IMG/VR virus record: IMGVR_UViG_3300046010_009647
Coordinates: 15,500-79,499 of that record
Length of the DNA: 64,000 bases
Direction: 5' to 3' (one strand)
Origin: a virus
How positions within the stretch are numbered: the stretch's first letter is position 1; every line of letters starts with the position of its first letter. Below are positions 8,185-17,354 of the stretch, piece by piece. Under the pieces are notes generated by a model. It had not been told where the DNA came from and made no database searches. It worked only from the letters and a program-made list of their open reading frames with translations. Position numbers and translations under genes: made by a program.

Positions 8185-9638
8185 TAGTTGGTTCCTCCTT
8201 CAAGGGCGGTGAGTCGGTCTGCCAAAGCAGAGATTTGATAGTGCTGCTCATCAATCGTCATGTTGTTGACGGCCACCATGCCTTGTAGGGTTTCGATGCG
8301 CTCCATTGCTTCCTGCAGCGCAGCCGTCAGCAGGGGCACCAGCTTGGATTGGTCGATGCCTTGGTAGACGGGATTGCCGTCAGCATCTACTTCATCCTTG
8401 GTGCCAGTGACACACTCAGGGACTATCGCCTGTACCTCATGGGCCAAAAAGCCGTCAACCGTGGCATCAGACCCGATGAAATTGAATCGATGGACTGGGA
8501 TCTGCGACAGCCGCTCAGTTGCTCCAGCTAATAGCTCGACGTTTTCTTTCAGCCGATAGTCGGACGTTGTGTTGTAGGAGGTAGAAGACGCATTGGTTGT
8601 AATGCTTCCCCGTGCCGTGCCGCCGCCATCCATGAAGAGGATCTGGTTTATTGTCCCACTTGCTGCGGTGTTCCAACAACGGATTGGCCACTGGCTTGCT
8701 CCTCCAGTGACATTAAACATTGAAAGCGTGCCGTTGCTCCCTTGAAAACTGAACAGCTCATTCTCGGCCGATGGGGCTGTAGCGCCAAAAAGTACACGAC
8801 CTGCATTCGTAATCCTCATCCGCTCCGTCGGGCTGCTCGCTCCGTCGGCGGTGGTAGAGAATACTAGTCTTGTCGGAACGTCATTAGCCGATGTCGCCGC
8901 ATCGGCTACAGCTTCTATCCGAGCGCCTTCAACAAACTCAGTTCCATCCGAACCTTGAAAAGAAACAGCGCCTAAGCTGTCCCCATTGGTAACAGCTTGG
9001 TTACCGCCGATAGATCCATTAATTTGGCGGGCCAGCAATAAATACGCGCCATTACCCGCTGCACTTGTATCGCTTGAAATAATTGCGACTCTTCGAGTGT
9101 CGCTACTCGTTCCTTCTACTTGAAACGCTGCTGATACGGATCCGTTAAAGAAGTTGCTACGCGCACTAGACGTGCCAACTAACAGGCGTCCCGAGCTGTC
9201 GATGCGGGCGGATTCTGAAGGAGATCCACCAGCAACCGTAAAAGCGATTGCCGACTCTGACAGGATTCGGAGATTTCCTGAATCACTGTAAATTGCACCT
9301 ACAGACGATCCGTTTTTATACCAACGAATACGGCTTTCAGTAGAACTATCGGATGAATCAACAATGACCTGTGGGTTGGTACTTTTGACGTGTAGAGGTG
9401 CGCTAGGGCTACTAGTCCCCAGACCTAAGCGGCCACTGGAGTCGATGAACAACCGCCCCGTGCCGTTAGTCGAGATGGCTACTTGGTCTGCGCCGGGGGA
9501 GTAGATGCCGGTGTTGCTATCACCTGTAAAACTAAATGCAGGAGCAGATGCGCTGCCCACAGGAACACCACTAATACCTGGAGCACTAATAGAAGTAAGG
9601 CCAGTAATAGAGCCAGTGCCGTTAAGATTAATTGCCAT
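8184..9638 (-). CDS. Tail fibre with peptidase S74 intramolecular chaperone
   Basis: SDYRLKENV, GFLAHEVQ, LVPLLTAALQE coiled coil; RIDSSGR modules. Confidence 0.9.
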   Translation of the reverse strand: MAINLNGTGSITGLTSISAPGISGVPVGSASAPAFSFTGDSNTGIYSPGADQVAISTNGTGRLFIDSSGRLGLGTSSPSAPLHVKSTNPQVIVDSSDSSTESRIRWYKNGSSVGAIYSDSGNLRILSESAIAFTVAGGSPSESARIDSSGRLLVGTSSARSNFFNGSVSAAFQVEGTSSDTRRVAIISSDTSAAGNGAYLLLARQINGSIGGNQAVTNGDSLGAVSFQGSDGTEFVEGARIEAVADAATSANDVPTRLVFSTTADGASSPTERMRITNAGRVLFGATAPSAENELFSFQGSNGTLSMFNVTGGASQWPIRCWNTAASGTINQILFMDGGGTARGSITTNASSTSYNTTSDYRLKENVELLAGATERLSQIPVHRFNFIGSDATVDGFLAHEVQAIVPECVTGTKDEVDADGNPVYQGIDQSKLVPLLTAALQEAMERIETLQGMVAVNNMTIDEQHYQISALADRLTALEGGTN

Positions 9639-9649
9639 TTGTCAGTACC

Positions 9650-10558
9650 TCAAACAATTGCCCAGTTTTGGTCATCACCCACGATGACTTCAACGCCATC
9701 ATTAATTGTGATAGGTCCACAACTTGTGGCGTTATTGCCACTCGGAAGTGTATAACTTGTTGTTACTACTTGTTCATTTAACACAAAAACCTGATCCCCA
9801 CCTGAGCCGGTTGCGCCACCACCTCCGCCAATCTCGGACCAATCGCCGTCTTTATACCCTTCATATCTAATGAGGGTTGTGTTAAAACGCAACATGCCTG
9901 TTAAGGCAGTTGTTGGTCGAGCTGCCGTTGTACCTGTAGGAACTTGAACTGCTCCAGATCCATATGTATATATAGATCCATCTCCACTAACGCGCCAACG
10001 TTCCGTACCCGAAACAGTAATAGATAAGGTATTGGCTGCTCCAGTAAATAAACCAGTATCTGGATCAACGACAAACGTAATGCTTGGATTAGCAGCTGTA
10101 CCGGATGCAAAAATACCTGTTGCAGTGGTGATACTTGCACCGCTAATTGCGTTTCCAGTAATTGAAGCTCCGCTAATTACTTGCCCTGTAATTGTATTCG
10201 CACTTACATTGGCACCGGTAATCGTTGTTCCGCTAACTGTTTGACCGGTGACAAATAAAGCATTAACAGAGTTTCCGGTAATAGAAGCACCACTGACGGT
10301 CTGTCCAGTTACGTAAAACGCGCTAACACCATTCCCTGTGATTGTTGCTCCGCTTACCGTTTGACCTGTAATATATACTGCATTTACGGATGTACCGGTA
10401 ATAGTGGCGCCAGATAGGGTGCCAGTGACCGTTACATTCCCGCTAAAAGTGGGCGATATAACCAGGCCCGAAACAGGGACAGTTACATTAGCTTCACTTG
10501 GGGCAACGCCTGTTGTGAAGGTAATAAAATCTAAGCGAACTTCGCCAAATTGGGCCAT
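9650..10558 (-). CDS. Tail fibre-like structural protein with GxT(V/I)SGxxITG repeats
   Basis: Repeats of about 20 aa; GTTAARP..GMLRFNT motif. Confidence 0.75.
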   Translation of the reverse strand: MAQFGEVRLDFITFTTGVAPSEANVTVPVSGLVISPTFSGNVTVTGTLSGATITGTSVNAVYITGQTVSGATITGNGVSAFYVTGQTVSGASITGNSVNALFVTGQTVSGTTITGANVSANTITGQVISGASITGNAISGASITTATGIFASGTAANPSITFVVDPDTGLFTGAANTLSITVSGTERWRVSGDGSIYTYGSGAVQVPTGTTAARPTTALTGMLRFNTTLIRYEGYKDGDWSEIGGGGGATGSGGDQVFVLNEQVVTTSYTLPSGNNATSCGPITINDGVEVIVGDDQNWAIV

Positions 10559-10599
10559 GCGTTTTTAATTTCACCCGCTAGCGTTATTAGTATTTTAAC

Positions 10600-12003
10600 T
10601 CACGATCCCCAAATAGTGAGTATCATACCATTTACACCTGAGGAAATGGTTACTCCACGAGAGCCGCCAATGGCAACACTAAAAGTATCAGTTGTATCAG
10701 AGTAAGCACCTGTATTTAAATCAGCAACAAAAACAACCGAGGGATTGCTTACGGTTCCCGATGCAAACACACCAGTAGCTGTCCTTAAAGAAGCGCCACT
10801 AATTACACCTGTAACATTAATTCCCGAACTAAAGTACCCGGAGCCAGAAACAATTAAATTGCCATCGTAAATAACAAAATCACCACCGGCATATCCTCCG
10901 CCACCACTGTTTGCTACCCAAGTAGTCGTACCATCCCCATTAGTACTTAAAATACGGCCTGATACGCCAACAATAGTGGGAAAAGAAAACAGACCATAAG
11001 GACGGACATCTCCCGATCCACTAACAAAAGTAACTCCGCCTGCACGATAAGTATTACCTGAAACAGTTCCAAACGTACCGCTGGTTGCTTGTATCGTTAC
11101 ACCAGAAATATCGCTTGTAAAAACGCCGCTAACTCCAGTGATGGTTGTTGCTTGTACCGTGGTACCTGTTATTGTTGCTCCGCTAAGAAAACTAGTAAAT
11201 ACACCTGATACTCCTGTAACAGAAGTAAAAATACCTCTTTCTCCAGTGATTGTCTGCCCAGATAATTGGCTTGTAAAAACACCTGTAATTCCTGTAACAG
11301 TACCAAAGCTGCCGGTATTTCCTGTTATGGTACCTCCGCTAAGAGATGTAAAAGCACCAGAGACAAAAGAGCCGCTTGTGCCTGTGATTGTTTGTCCGCT
11401 TACCGTGCCAGTAACACTAATACCAGATGCAAAGAACCCTGAACCACTAACGTAAAGATTTCCTGAAACAGTGTGATTCCCTGCTATTAATGTTGCAAAC
11501 GTACCTGTTGTAAAACTGGCATTAGTACCGGTTACTGTAGTGCCAGACACCTGGCCAGTGAAAACGCCTGAAACACCAGTAATTGTTGCTGCTTGAACGC
11601 TGTTCCCAGTAATTGTCTGCCCACTTAAAGAGGATGTAAAAACCCCTGTTGCACTGGTTACAGAAGAAAAGGTTCCTGCGTTACCACTGATAGATCCACT
11701 CGTGGTTAAGTTGTTTTGTATAACAACACCACTGAAGGTCGCAAGACCAGAACTGGTTACAGTATTAAAGCTACTGGAACCTAAAACAGTGAGATTGCCA
11801 TTGATCGTTACGTTACCAGTGATTGTTTCACCGGTCACATTTGCGTAATATTGATCTAAATAATTGCGAAATTCTGTAAACGTAATTTTTTTGTTACGCA
11901 GAACAGGGTCCACTTCAAAGACGTGAACCAGGGTCAGTAGATCCTGTTCATCAATCTCGTTCCCATTAATCGCAGGGAACTCACTGATTCTCCTGTTTGC
12001 CAC
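10600..12003 (-). CDS. Tail fibre-like structural protein
   Basis: N-terminal RRISEFP...DLL...KKIT domain, (T/S)GVFT-SGxTITG repeats. Confidence 0.75.
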   Translation of the reverse strand: MANRRISEFPAINGNEIDEQDLLTLVHVFEVDPVLRNKKITFTEFRNYLDQYYANVTGETITGNVTINGNLTVLGSSSFNTVTSSGLATFSGVVIQNNLTTSGSISGNAGTFSSVTSATGVFTSSLSGQTITGNSVQAATITGVSGVFTGQVSGTTVTGTNASFTTGTFATLIAGNHTVSGNLYVSGSGFFASGISVTGTVSGQTITGTSGSFVSGAFTSLSGGTITGNTGSFGTVTGITGVFTSQLSGQTITGERGIFTSVTGVSGVFTSFLSGATITGTTVQATTITGVSGVFTSDISGVTIQATSGTFGTVSGNTYRAGGVTFVSGSGDVRPYGLFSFPTIVGVSGRILSTNGDGTTTWVANSGGGGYAGGDFVIYDGNLIVSGSGYFSSGINVTGVISGASLRTATGVFASGTVSNPSVVFVADLNTGAYSDTTDTFSVAIGGSRGVTISSGVNGMILTIWGS

Positions 12004-12048
12004 CTACGTTTATGCTCAATTCTTTCTCTTAATTATAAATCGGCTTAT

Positions 12049-12369
12049 TTAGCGCACCTTAATCTCGACACGAGGCAAAATATTGGTTACAATATTCCAA
12101 GTCCATTGGACTCCGGTGACAATTCCGCAGGAAAGCAAGATAACCAGCAGTACTTCAGCAACCGTAAGATTACGCCTTACGTAAACAACTTGAGGTTGTT
12201 GCTGTGGCATTGCTGCTTGCTGAGCAATGGCTTGTTGAACGGCAAGCTCACGTGCCCTAGCTTTCATCTGAGCCAAAAGCTCAGGCGTAATTTGGCCTTC
12301 AGGAGCCTGAGGCATGGGTTGTTGGCTAGGGGGAATCTGCTCTTCCATGGTCGCAAATTGTTTTCCCAA
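12049..12369 (-). CDS. Hypothetical membrane protein
   Basis: Gln-rich N-part, one C-terminal hydrophobic helix. Confidence 0.6.
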   Translation of the reverse strand: MGKQFATMEEQIPPSQQPMPQAPEGQITPELLAQMKARARELAVQQAIAQQAAMPQQQPQVVYVRRNLTVAEVLLVILLSCGIVTGVQWTWNIVTNILPRVEIKVR

Positions 12370-12400
12370 AGACTAACATACAAGCAAAGGATGTGCAGGT

Positions 12401-12811
12401 ATGCGGTACGGATTACGCAAAAGCTTAGAGGATATTGCGTACGAGCTTAAAGGGATCAAGAATATCCTTGGTTCCATGTGGCACAGTCGTTACTCAAACG
12501 GAGAAACGGACGCACTAAATCCAGAAGCTTTTGCCGATGAGTACATCTCGACAGAAGAATGCGGTAAACGCCTGGGGGTCTCGGACCAAACCATCCGCAA
12601 TTGGATTGCTATTGGTAGGAAGACCCCAGATAAAGGCTGGGTAGAGGGCATTCATTATGTCAACATCTCCCCTGACGTGCACCGTAAAGCAGTATTACGC
12701 ATCCCCTGGAACCGACTGATCCAGTCCTTTGCCAAAAACGAAAACATTGATTTAAAAAATCTACGCGGAAATTATGACCAATATCGCAATAAACAGGAGT
12801 TCCTGGCGTAA
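12401..12811 (+). CDS. HTH DNA-binding protein (excisionase/MerR-like)
   Basis: ISTEECGKRLGVSDQTIRNWI and EGIHY wing. Confidence 0.75.
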   Translation: MRYGLRKSLEDIAYELKGIKNILGSMWHSRYSNGETDALNPEAFADEYISTEECGKRLGVSDQTIRNWIAIGRKTPDKGWVEGIHYVNISPDVHRKAVLRIPWNRLIQSFAKNENIDLKNLRGNYDQYRNKQEFLA

Positions 12812-13278
12812 TGGCGCATCGTTTCCAGGGGATTGATATTGGTTCTATAACAGTTGAGAACCATGAGGAGCTGTTGCCTGAATCGTTGATCAGGCAAGTA
12901 GAAATGTTCTTGCCTCCTAGTGGATCATTCGATGACGGGTGTCTTCGTCGGTACCTTGAAAATCTAAGGAACTACGAAGAAGAAGACGCTAACTCCGGCA
13001 TGACACTTGCTAATCGGTTGCGTCTTGCGTTCCATGATCTGAGTGCGGATACAATCTGCGGTAAATTCCCACAGGCAGAGTTGCCTTTGAAACGAAGGTT
13101 ACGTTGCGTAGCCGAATACCTTATCCGGTCCGGAGAATTTGATAAGGTAAGGGATGAAAACGGAAAACTTGTCAAAAAACGCGGAGTGCTGGGCAAGTTA
13201 GTTGTACTGTATCAACCAACGCCTAAGCTTCTGGAATCACTACACCGCCAAGGATTATTAAAAGATGGATCGACGTGA
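12811..13278 (+). CDS. Hypothetical protein (possible winged helix)
   Basis: Coupled ORF in operon. Confidence 0.6.
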   Translation: MAHRFQGIDIGSITVENHEELLPESLIRQVEMFLPPSGSFDDGCLRRYLENLRNYEEEDANSGMTLANRLRLAFHDLSADTICGKFPQAELPLKRRLRCVAEYLIRSGEFDKVRDENGKLVKKRGVLGKLVVLYQPTPKLLESLHRQGLLKDGST

Positions 13279-13648
13279 AAAACTAATTGCTTCTGTTATT
13301 GGTCCTGAGCTGGATCAAACGAAAGCACGGATGCTTGATGCCACAATCAAGTTAATCCTTGGTGATATGGGCGAGCAGTACTGCAAGATGTGGGAGTTAG
13401 AAGGCCCAGGTGTTATGGTGTTCCAACCACGGAACAAAGAACGTTCTATGTTCTTCTGGACTTTAAAAGAAATCCACGCTGCACAAGAAGATTGCGAGCG
13501 CAGCAACTCTGGAGATCTTGCTGAGACTTTTAGGCGCATCCTTGGTGCAGCACAAAAGATTGATCCAACGGAAAAGGCTGGTTACATCATCAATGATGAT
13601 GAGGGAATGCGTTATCTCGAGATTGATTACAATAAGGCGGCTGCGTAA
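13265..13648 (+). CDS. Hypothetical protein
   Basis: Coupled ORF in operon. Confidence 0.6.
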   Translation: MDRREKLIASVIGPELDQTKARMLDATIKLILGDMGEQYCKMWELEGPGVMVFQPRNKERSMFFWTLKEIHAAQEDCERSNSGDLAETFRRILGAAQKIDPTEKAGYIINDDEGMRYLEIDYNKAAA

Positions 13649-14244
13649 TGGCTGAGAAAGGACTGCGTGGTGTTGCATCACGTAATGAAGGCGCTGAGCT
13701 AATCACAAATCAAGACTTGGTTCATGCGGCCAACGAGCTTTTGGGCGGCATTACTCTTGACGTGGCTAGTTCCAGGATTGCAAATGAGTACGTACAAGCA
13801 GAAAACTATTACACACCAACGGATGATGGACTAAATGCACAACAGTGGTACGGAAGCTGTTACCTGTTTCCACCAGCGGGCTCCTACTTTTGGGATCAAA
13901 AGCATGAAAAATGGAAAATGACAAGGGCTTCTTCACTGACCCTTTCGTCATCCCATGCTGTATGGTTCCGGCGAATGTACCATGCATGGCTTGCAAAAGA
14001 AATAAAGGAAGGTCTTTATTTCAGCAACTGCCCTGACATGATTCGTTATGAGCCAAAAATCTTCAAGTTCCCAATGTGCATTTTGAGAACTGCACCTTTT
14101 CTCATGTGCCATAAAGATGGTGAGGTAAATAAAAAGCAGACGTGCACTTCGTTTGTTGTGTACCTGCCGCCCCAGGATTCCTCGATTGATGCCGTGGATT
14201 CTTTCGTAAAGATCTACGGTGAGCGCGGGCATCTTCTTGTGTAA
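13648..14244 (+). CDS. Phage Dam-like N6-adenine methyltransferase homologue with altered motif IV
   Basis: LDVASS..AN..V.A..YYT..DDGL..QWYG matches the family, but NPPY is FPPA. Confidence 0.7.
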   Translation: MAEKGLRGVASRNEGAELITNQDLVHAANELLGGITLDVASSRIANEYVQAENYYTPTDDGLNAQQWYGSCYLFPPAGSYFWDQKHEKWKMTRASSLTLSSSHAVWFRRMYHAWLAKEIKEGLYFSNCPDMIRYEPKIFKFPMCILRTAPFLMCHKDGEVNKKQTCTSFVVYLPPQDSSIDAVDSFVKIYGERGHLLV

Positions 14245-14277
14245 TCTCTGTATACTGGAGGACGATTACGGGGATTT

Positions 14278-14865
14278 ATGAGCGTCCTGGCCGATTGGGA
14301 GATCAAGCAACTGGCAGAAGAAGAGCAGATGATCGAACCCTTTGTGGATCATCTGATTAGCAAGGAAGATGGCCGCAAGCTTCTGAGCTATGGACTCAGT
14401 TCTTACGGATATGACATCCGTTTGTCTCCTGCCCAATGCTTGATTTTTGGCAAGGTACAAGCTGGGGATTGTGACCCAAAGAACTTTGATCCTGACATCT
14501 TGAAACCTGCTGACCTCTTGGAGGACGAACGCGGTCAGTACTTCTTGCTTCCTCCATATGGCTATTGCCTGGGCGTTGCACAAGAACGTCTGAAGCTTCC
14601 TCGTGATGTCACTGTTGTGGCTGTAGGTAAATCTACTTACGCACGTTCAGGCATTCTGGTCAACATCACGCCAGCTGAAAGTGGTTGGGAAGGTTACCTG
14701 ACGCTTGAGATCAGTAATTGCACTGGCCTTTTCAATCGCATCTATGCGAATGAGGGGATTACGCAATTGCTGTTCTATCGTGGTAATCCCTGTCATACCA
14801 CGTATCAAGATCGGAAAGGTAAGTACCAAGACCAACCAAACAACGTTGTGTTCTCGCAGGTCTAG
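14278..14865 (+). CDS. dcd: dCTP deaminase
   Basis: SYGLSSYGYDIRL, GKSTYARSG, TPAESGWEGYLTLEI, YANEGITQ, GKYQDQ. Confidence 0.95.
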   Translation: MSVLADWEIKQLAEEEQMIEPFVDHLISKEDGRKLLSYGLSSYGYDIRLSPAQCLIFGKVQAGDCDPKNFDPDILKPADLLEDERGQYFLLPPYGYCLGVAQERLKLPRDVTVVAVGKSTYARSGILVNITPAESGWEGYLTLEISNCTGLFNRIYANEGITQLLFYRGNPCHTTYQDRKGKYQDQPNNVVFSQV

Positions 14866-15260
14866 AAACCTTTACCAAACTGAGCAGCCGGTTTACGGGC
14901 GTATCCAATGGCACCGGTACGCCCACCGGAATCACCTGTACTTGGCAGCTCAACCCCAGCAATCTCTGCTCTAGTACGTGGAACTTCACCTCGCACTAAT
15001 GGTTCATCAATGCTTGCCCTTTGTCTGTATGCACCAGCGGTCTTTGCTGCACGCATGAACTTGGCAACACGATCTTGATCGTTATTGACGGACTCTGCAG
15101 AAGGACGTGCAGTTTCATCAACACGTCGCATGTCAGTGTCATAAGCCTGTTCAGGCCTTAGGTCCGATACCTCGGCTCCTGAGGTACCAGAGCTGACACC
15201 CTGGTTGTAAGTAGCATTAAATCTATTGGCCATAATACAATTGTAGAAGCAGTAAATCAA
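14862..15260 (-). CDS. Hypothetical protein (likely start ATG 15233)
   Basis: ORF MANRFNATY... Confidence 0.55.
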   Translation of the reverse strand: MIYCFYNCIMANRFNATYNQGVSSGTSGAEVSDLRPEQAYDTDMRRVDETARPSAESVNNDQDRVAKFMRAAKTAGAYRQRASIDEPLVRGEVPRTRAEIAGVELPSTGDSGGRTGAIGYARKPAAQFGKGF

Positions 15261-15268
15261 TTATTCCC

Positions 15269-15613
15269 GTGATGCACTCCGCTGCAGGCTTCTTAGATGC
15301 CTTTGTTCAAGACGAGGTTAAGTCCCGCTGCATTGATGAAGGAGATTTCGGTGCTCCTCTCGATAATGAAGAAAATGATGTACCCTTATATGATATGTAC
15401 AACCGAGGTTTGGTCGCATGCGAGCAGGGGCTAGAAAGGAATCCGTTGAATCTCGAGGGAGCACGGCCTGGAATGACGGGCTATATCCCCTCAATGGAGC
15501 AGGGTTTGGCGATGGGAGCGTCTCCGAAACCAAGGACTCTGGTGTTGGAACTGGAGGGACCGGAGGAAAAGGAGCAGATGCTGTCAGCAAAACGTCGTGG
15601 TTTGCTCCGGTAG
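15269..15613 (+). CDS. Hypothetical protein
   Basis: ORF track. Confidence 0.55.
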   Translation: MMHSAAGFLDAFVQDEVKSRCIDEGDFGAPLDNEENDVPLYDMYNRGLVACEQGLERNPLNLEGARPGMTGYIPSMEQGLAMGASPKPRTLVLELEGPEEKEQMLSAKRRGLLR

Positions 15614-15909
15614 ACGAAGTGAGTGACTGCCCTGGAGGTGTCTGCCCAGTCCCCTGGGCCACCAAAGAAGAGCCTCCTGTGGTCCAAGAGGATGTGGTTA
15701 ATCACCCATCTCACTACACAGATGGCGGCATTGAGTGTATTGAAGCCATTGAAGCAGCTTTGACCGCCGAAGAATTCCGTGGTTACTGTAAAGGCAACAA
15801 TTTAAAGTACACCTGGCGTGAACGCCACAAAGGCGGTACAGAATCACTGAAGAAAGCTCAGTGGTATCTGGACCGCCTCATTCAACTTGACGAAGCTCAG
15901 AAGGGCTGA
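15418..15909 (+). CDS. DUF3310 (SaV-like) protein; start uncertain, maybe GTG near 15619
   Basis: DVVNHPSHY..GGIECIEAI..GYCKGNNLKYTWR..K.G..SLKKAQWYL. Confidence 0.85.
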   Translation: MRAGARKESVESRGSTAWNDGLYPLNGAGFGDGSVSETKDSGVGTGGTGGKGADAVSKTSWFAPVDEVSDCPGGVCPVPWATKEEPPVVQEDVVNHPSHYTDGGIECIEAIEAALTAEEFRGYCKGNNLKYTWRERHKGGTESLKKAQWYLDRLIQLDEAQKG

Positions 15910-16202
15910 AGTTCATCGTCATCATCATCGTCGTCGTCTCGATATCCACAGGCGGCGGCGAGTTCTGCTAACTCGAGATCGGTTGGATGATCCCAGTCGA
16001 TCTCAATATTTTCTGACGCCATGATATCTTTGATAGCATGCCACTCCATCAAACGTTGGTGATAGAGACTTAGCAGAGCAAAACGGAGTTCTTCCCAAGT
16101 CATCTCCTCGGACTGGAGTTCAGCTTTGCGCATGGCAAATTGAAGCTCAAGAGGAAGTTCAAACTCCCGTGGCTCGACCGAACGCTCCATTCCACTCTGC
16201 AT
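15897..16202 (-). CDS. Hypothetical acidic protein
   Basis: LPLELQF..RK helix, poly-Asp tail. Confidence 0.6.
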   Translation of the reverse strand: MQSGMERSVEPREFELPLELQFAMRKAELQSEEMTWEELRFALLSLYHQRLMEWHAIKDIMASENIEIDWDHPTDLELAELAAACGYRDDDDDDDDELQPF

Positions 16203-16226
16203 TTGCTAGCTGCAATTATTCTAATG

Positions 16227-16910
16227 CTAGCCGTTGAATATCAGATCGATGGACTCATCGGCAAAGTCCTGCCATAGATCGTCATCGATACGAAAACTAT
16301 TGGCAAATTCGGAAAGGATATAAGGATTGATGCGCTCTTCCAGGGCACGGATTGCGCGTACTTCATGGGGAGCAGCGCTGTAGTTACGGAATGCAGTCAA
16401 CAAGACTTCTGTTGATGCCCAAGGGCTGGTGTCTACATCACGGAGGAAAAGACCCATCTCTTCCCGCCTGCGTTCCAGGAGACCACCAACGACCTTATGG
16501 TTTTGATCAAAGATCCAACGGCTCATCTCCGTGGTGGCACTAGCAAAATCCTCTGCCTCCACATGATCAATGATGTGGCTGTACAAGAAGGACTCCCAAC
16601 CAACGGAATGAATGAACGATACTAGAGCCTGGCGCATGTTGTCGTCAAGCCCAAGGTTCTGCCGCTGGAGCTGGGACTCAATGACGCTGACCTCATGGAA
16701 GAGGTACTCAAGAGCTTTCTCCTGGCTGCAACGCTGACCTTGCTTGACGGGAGAACCATCGGGATAGAATTGGGTTCCAAACCCGATGGTGTATGGCTCT
16801 GCACCAGTGTGTGGATCTGCGTATGCCTTTTCGTTAAACCCTTCGTATTTACGAATTAAGTTAATGGCACGCGAAAGATCCGACATGGAGATAACTATTG
16901 TTATCCCCAA
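16227..16910 (-). CDS. Lysozyme GH24 with C-terminal accessory domain
   Basis: YEG...AYAD....PYTIGFG catalytic E/D/T, ALVSF, GLLERRREE. Confidence 0.9.
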   Translation of the reverse strand: MGITIVISMSDLSRAINLIRKYEGFNEKAYADPHTGAEPYTIGFGTQFYPDGSPVKQGQRCSQEKALEYLFHEVSVIESQLQRQNLGLDDNMRQALVSFIHSVGWESFLYSHIIDHVEAEDFASATTEMSRWIFDQNHKVVGGLLERRREEMGLFLRDVDTSPWASTEVLLTAFRNYSAAPHEVRAIRALEERINPYILSEFANSFRIDDDLWQDFADESIDLIFNG

Positions 16911-16922
16911 TATACATAATTT

Positions 16923-17045
16923 TTATTTACCTTGGCCCCTCATCTTTTTACGGCCGTGGCTAGGCAAGGAGTTTCTGCCCTGCCCTTGTCTGGTGCGCTT
17001 CGGTTTGGACTCAAGTCGGACTGTGGTTGATTTGGGTTTGGCCAT
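16923..17045 (-). CDS. Small basic peptide (KRTRQG...RGQGK type), 40 aa
   Basis: Hand translation MAKPKSTTVRLESKPKRTRQGQGRNSLPSHGRKKMRGQGK. Confidence 0.65.
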   Translation of the reverse strand: MAKPKSTTVRLESKPKRTRQGQGRNSLPSHGRKKMRGQGK

Positions 17046-17081
17046 GGTGTTGTGAAAGCAACGTCAAAAGCTTAGCCCGAA

Positions 17082-17354
17082 TTACCAGGCTTTGCACGAC
17101 CAGTAGCCGGCTGTCAGCTTGCTCTTGGGTTCGTCGCAGTTATGTCTAGCGCGAAAATTTTTACGTCGTTCTGGATTGTCTCGTTTGATTTCCATATTGG
17201 CATCACCAAAGCGTACGATTTTTTCTTCACCATTTTCACACGCTTTTACGACAGACTTTTTACCGCCTTGGATATCACGGCGCGGCTTATTGCACTCCAT
17301 CTTATCCTTAGCAATTTTAGACGCTTTTACAGCTTTCTTATGTTGTTCAGACAT
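17082..17354 (-). CDS. Basic DUF6321-like protein
   Basis: KIVRFGD...RRKNFRARHNC...AGYWSCKAW. Confidence 0.7.
   Translation of the reverse strand: MSEQHKKAVKASKIAKDKMECNKPRRDIQGGKKSVVKACENGEEKIVRFGDANMEIKRDNPERRKNFRARHNCDEPKSKLTAGYWSCKAW

Noticed and set aside
971-9210. Fibre repeats as a DGR template/variable pair
   Set aside because: No adenine-specific mismatches and no reverse transcriptase in the window
9650-12003. Tandem DNA repeats in fibre genes
   Set aside because: Repetition is at the protein level with diverged codons, ordinary for fibres
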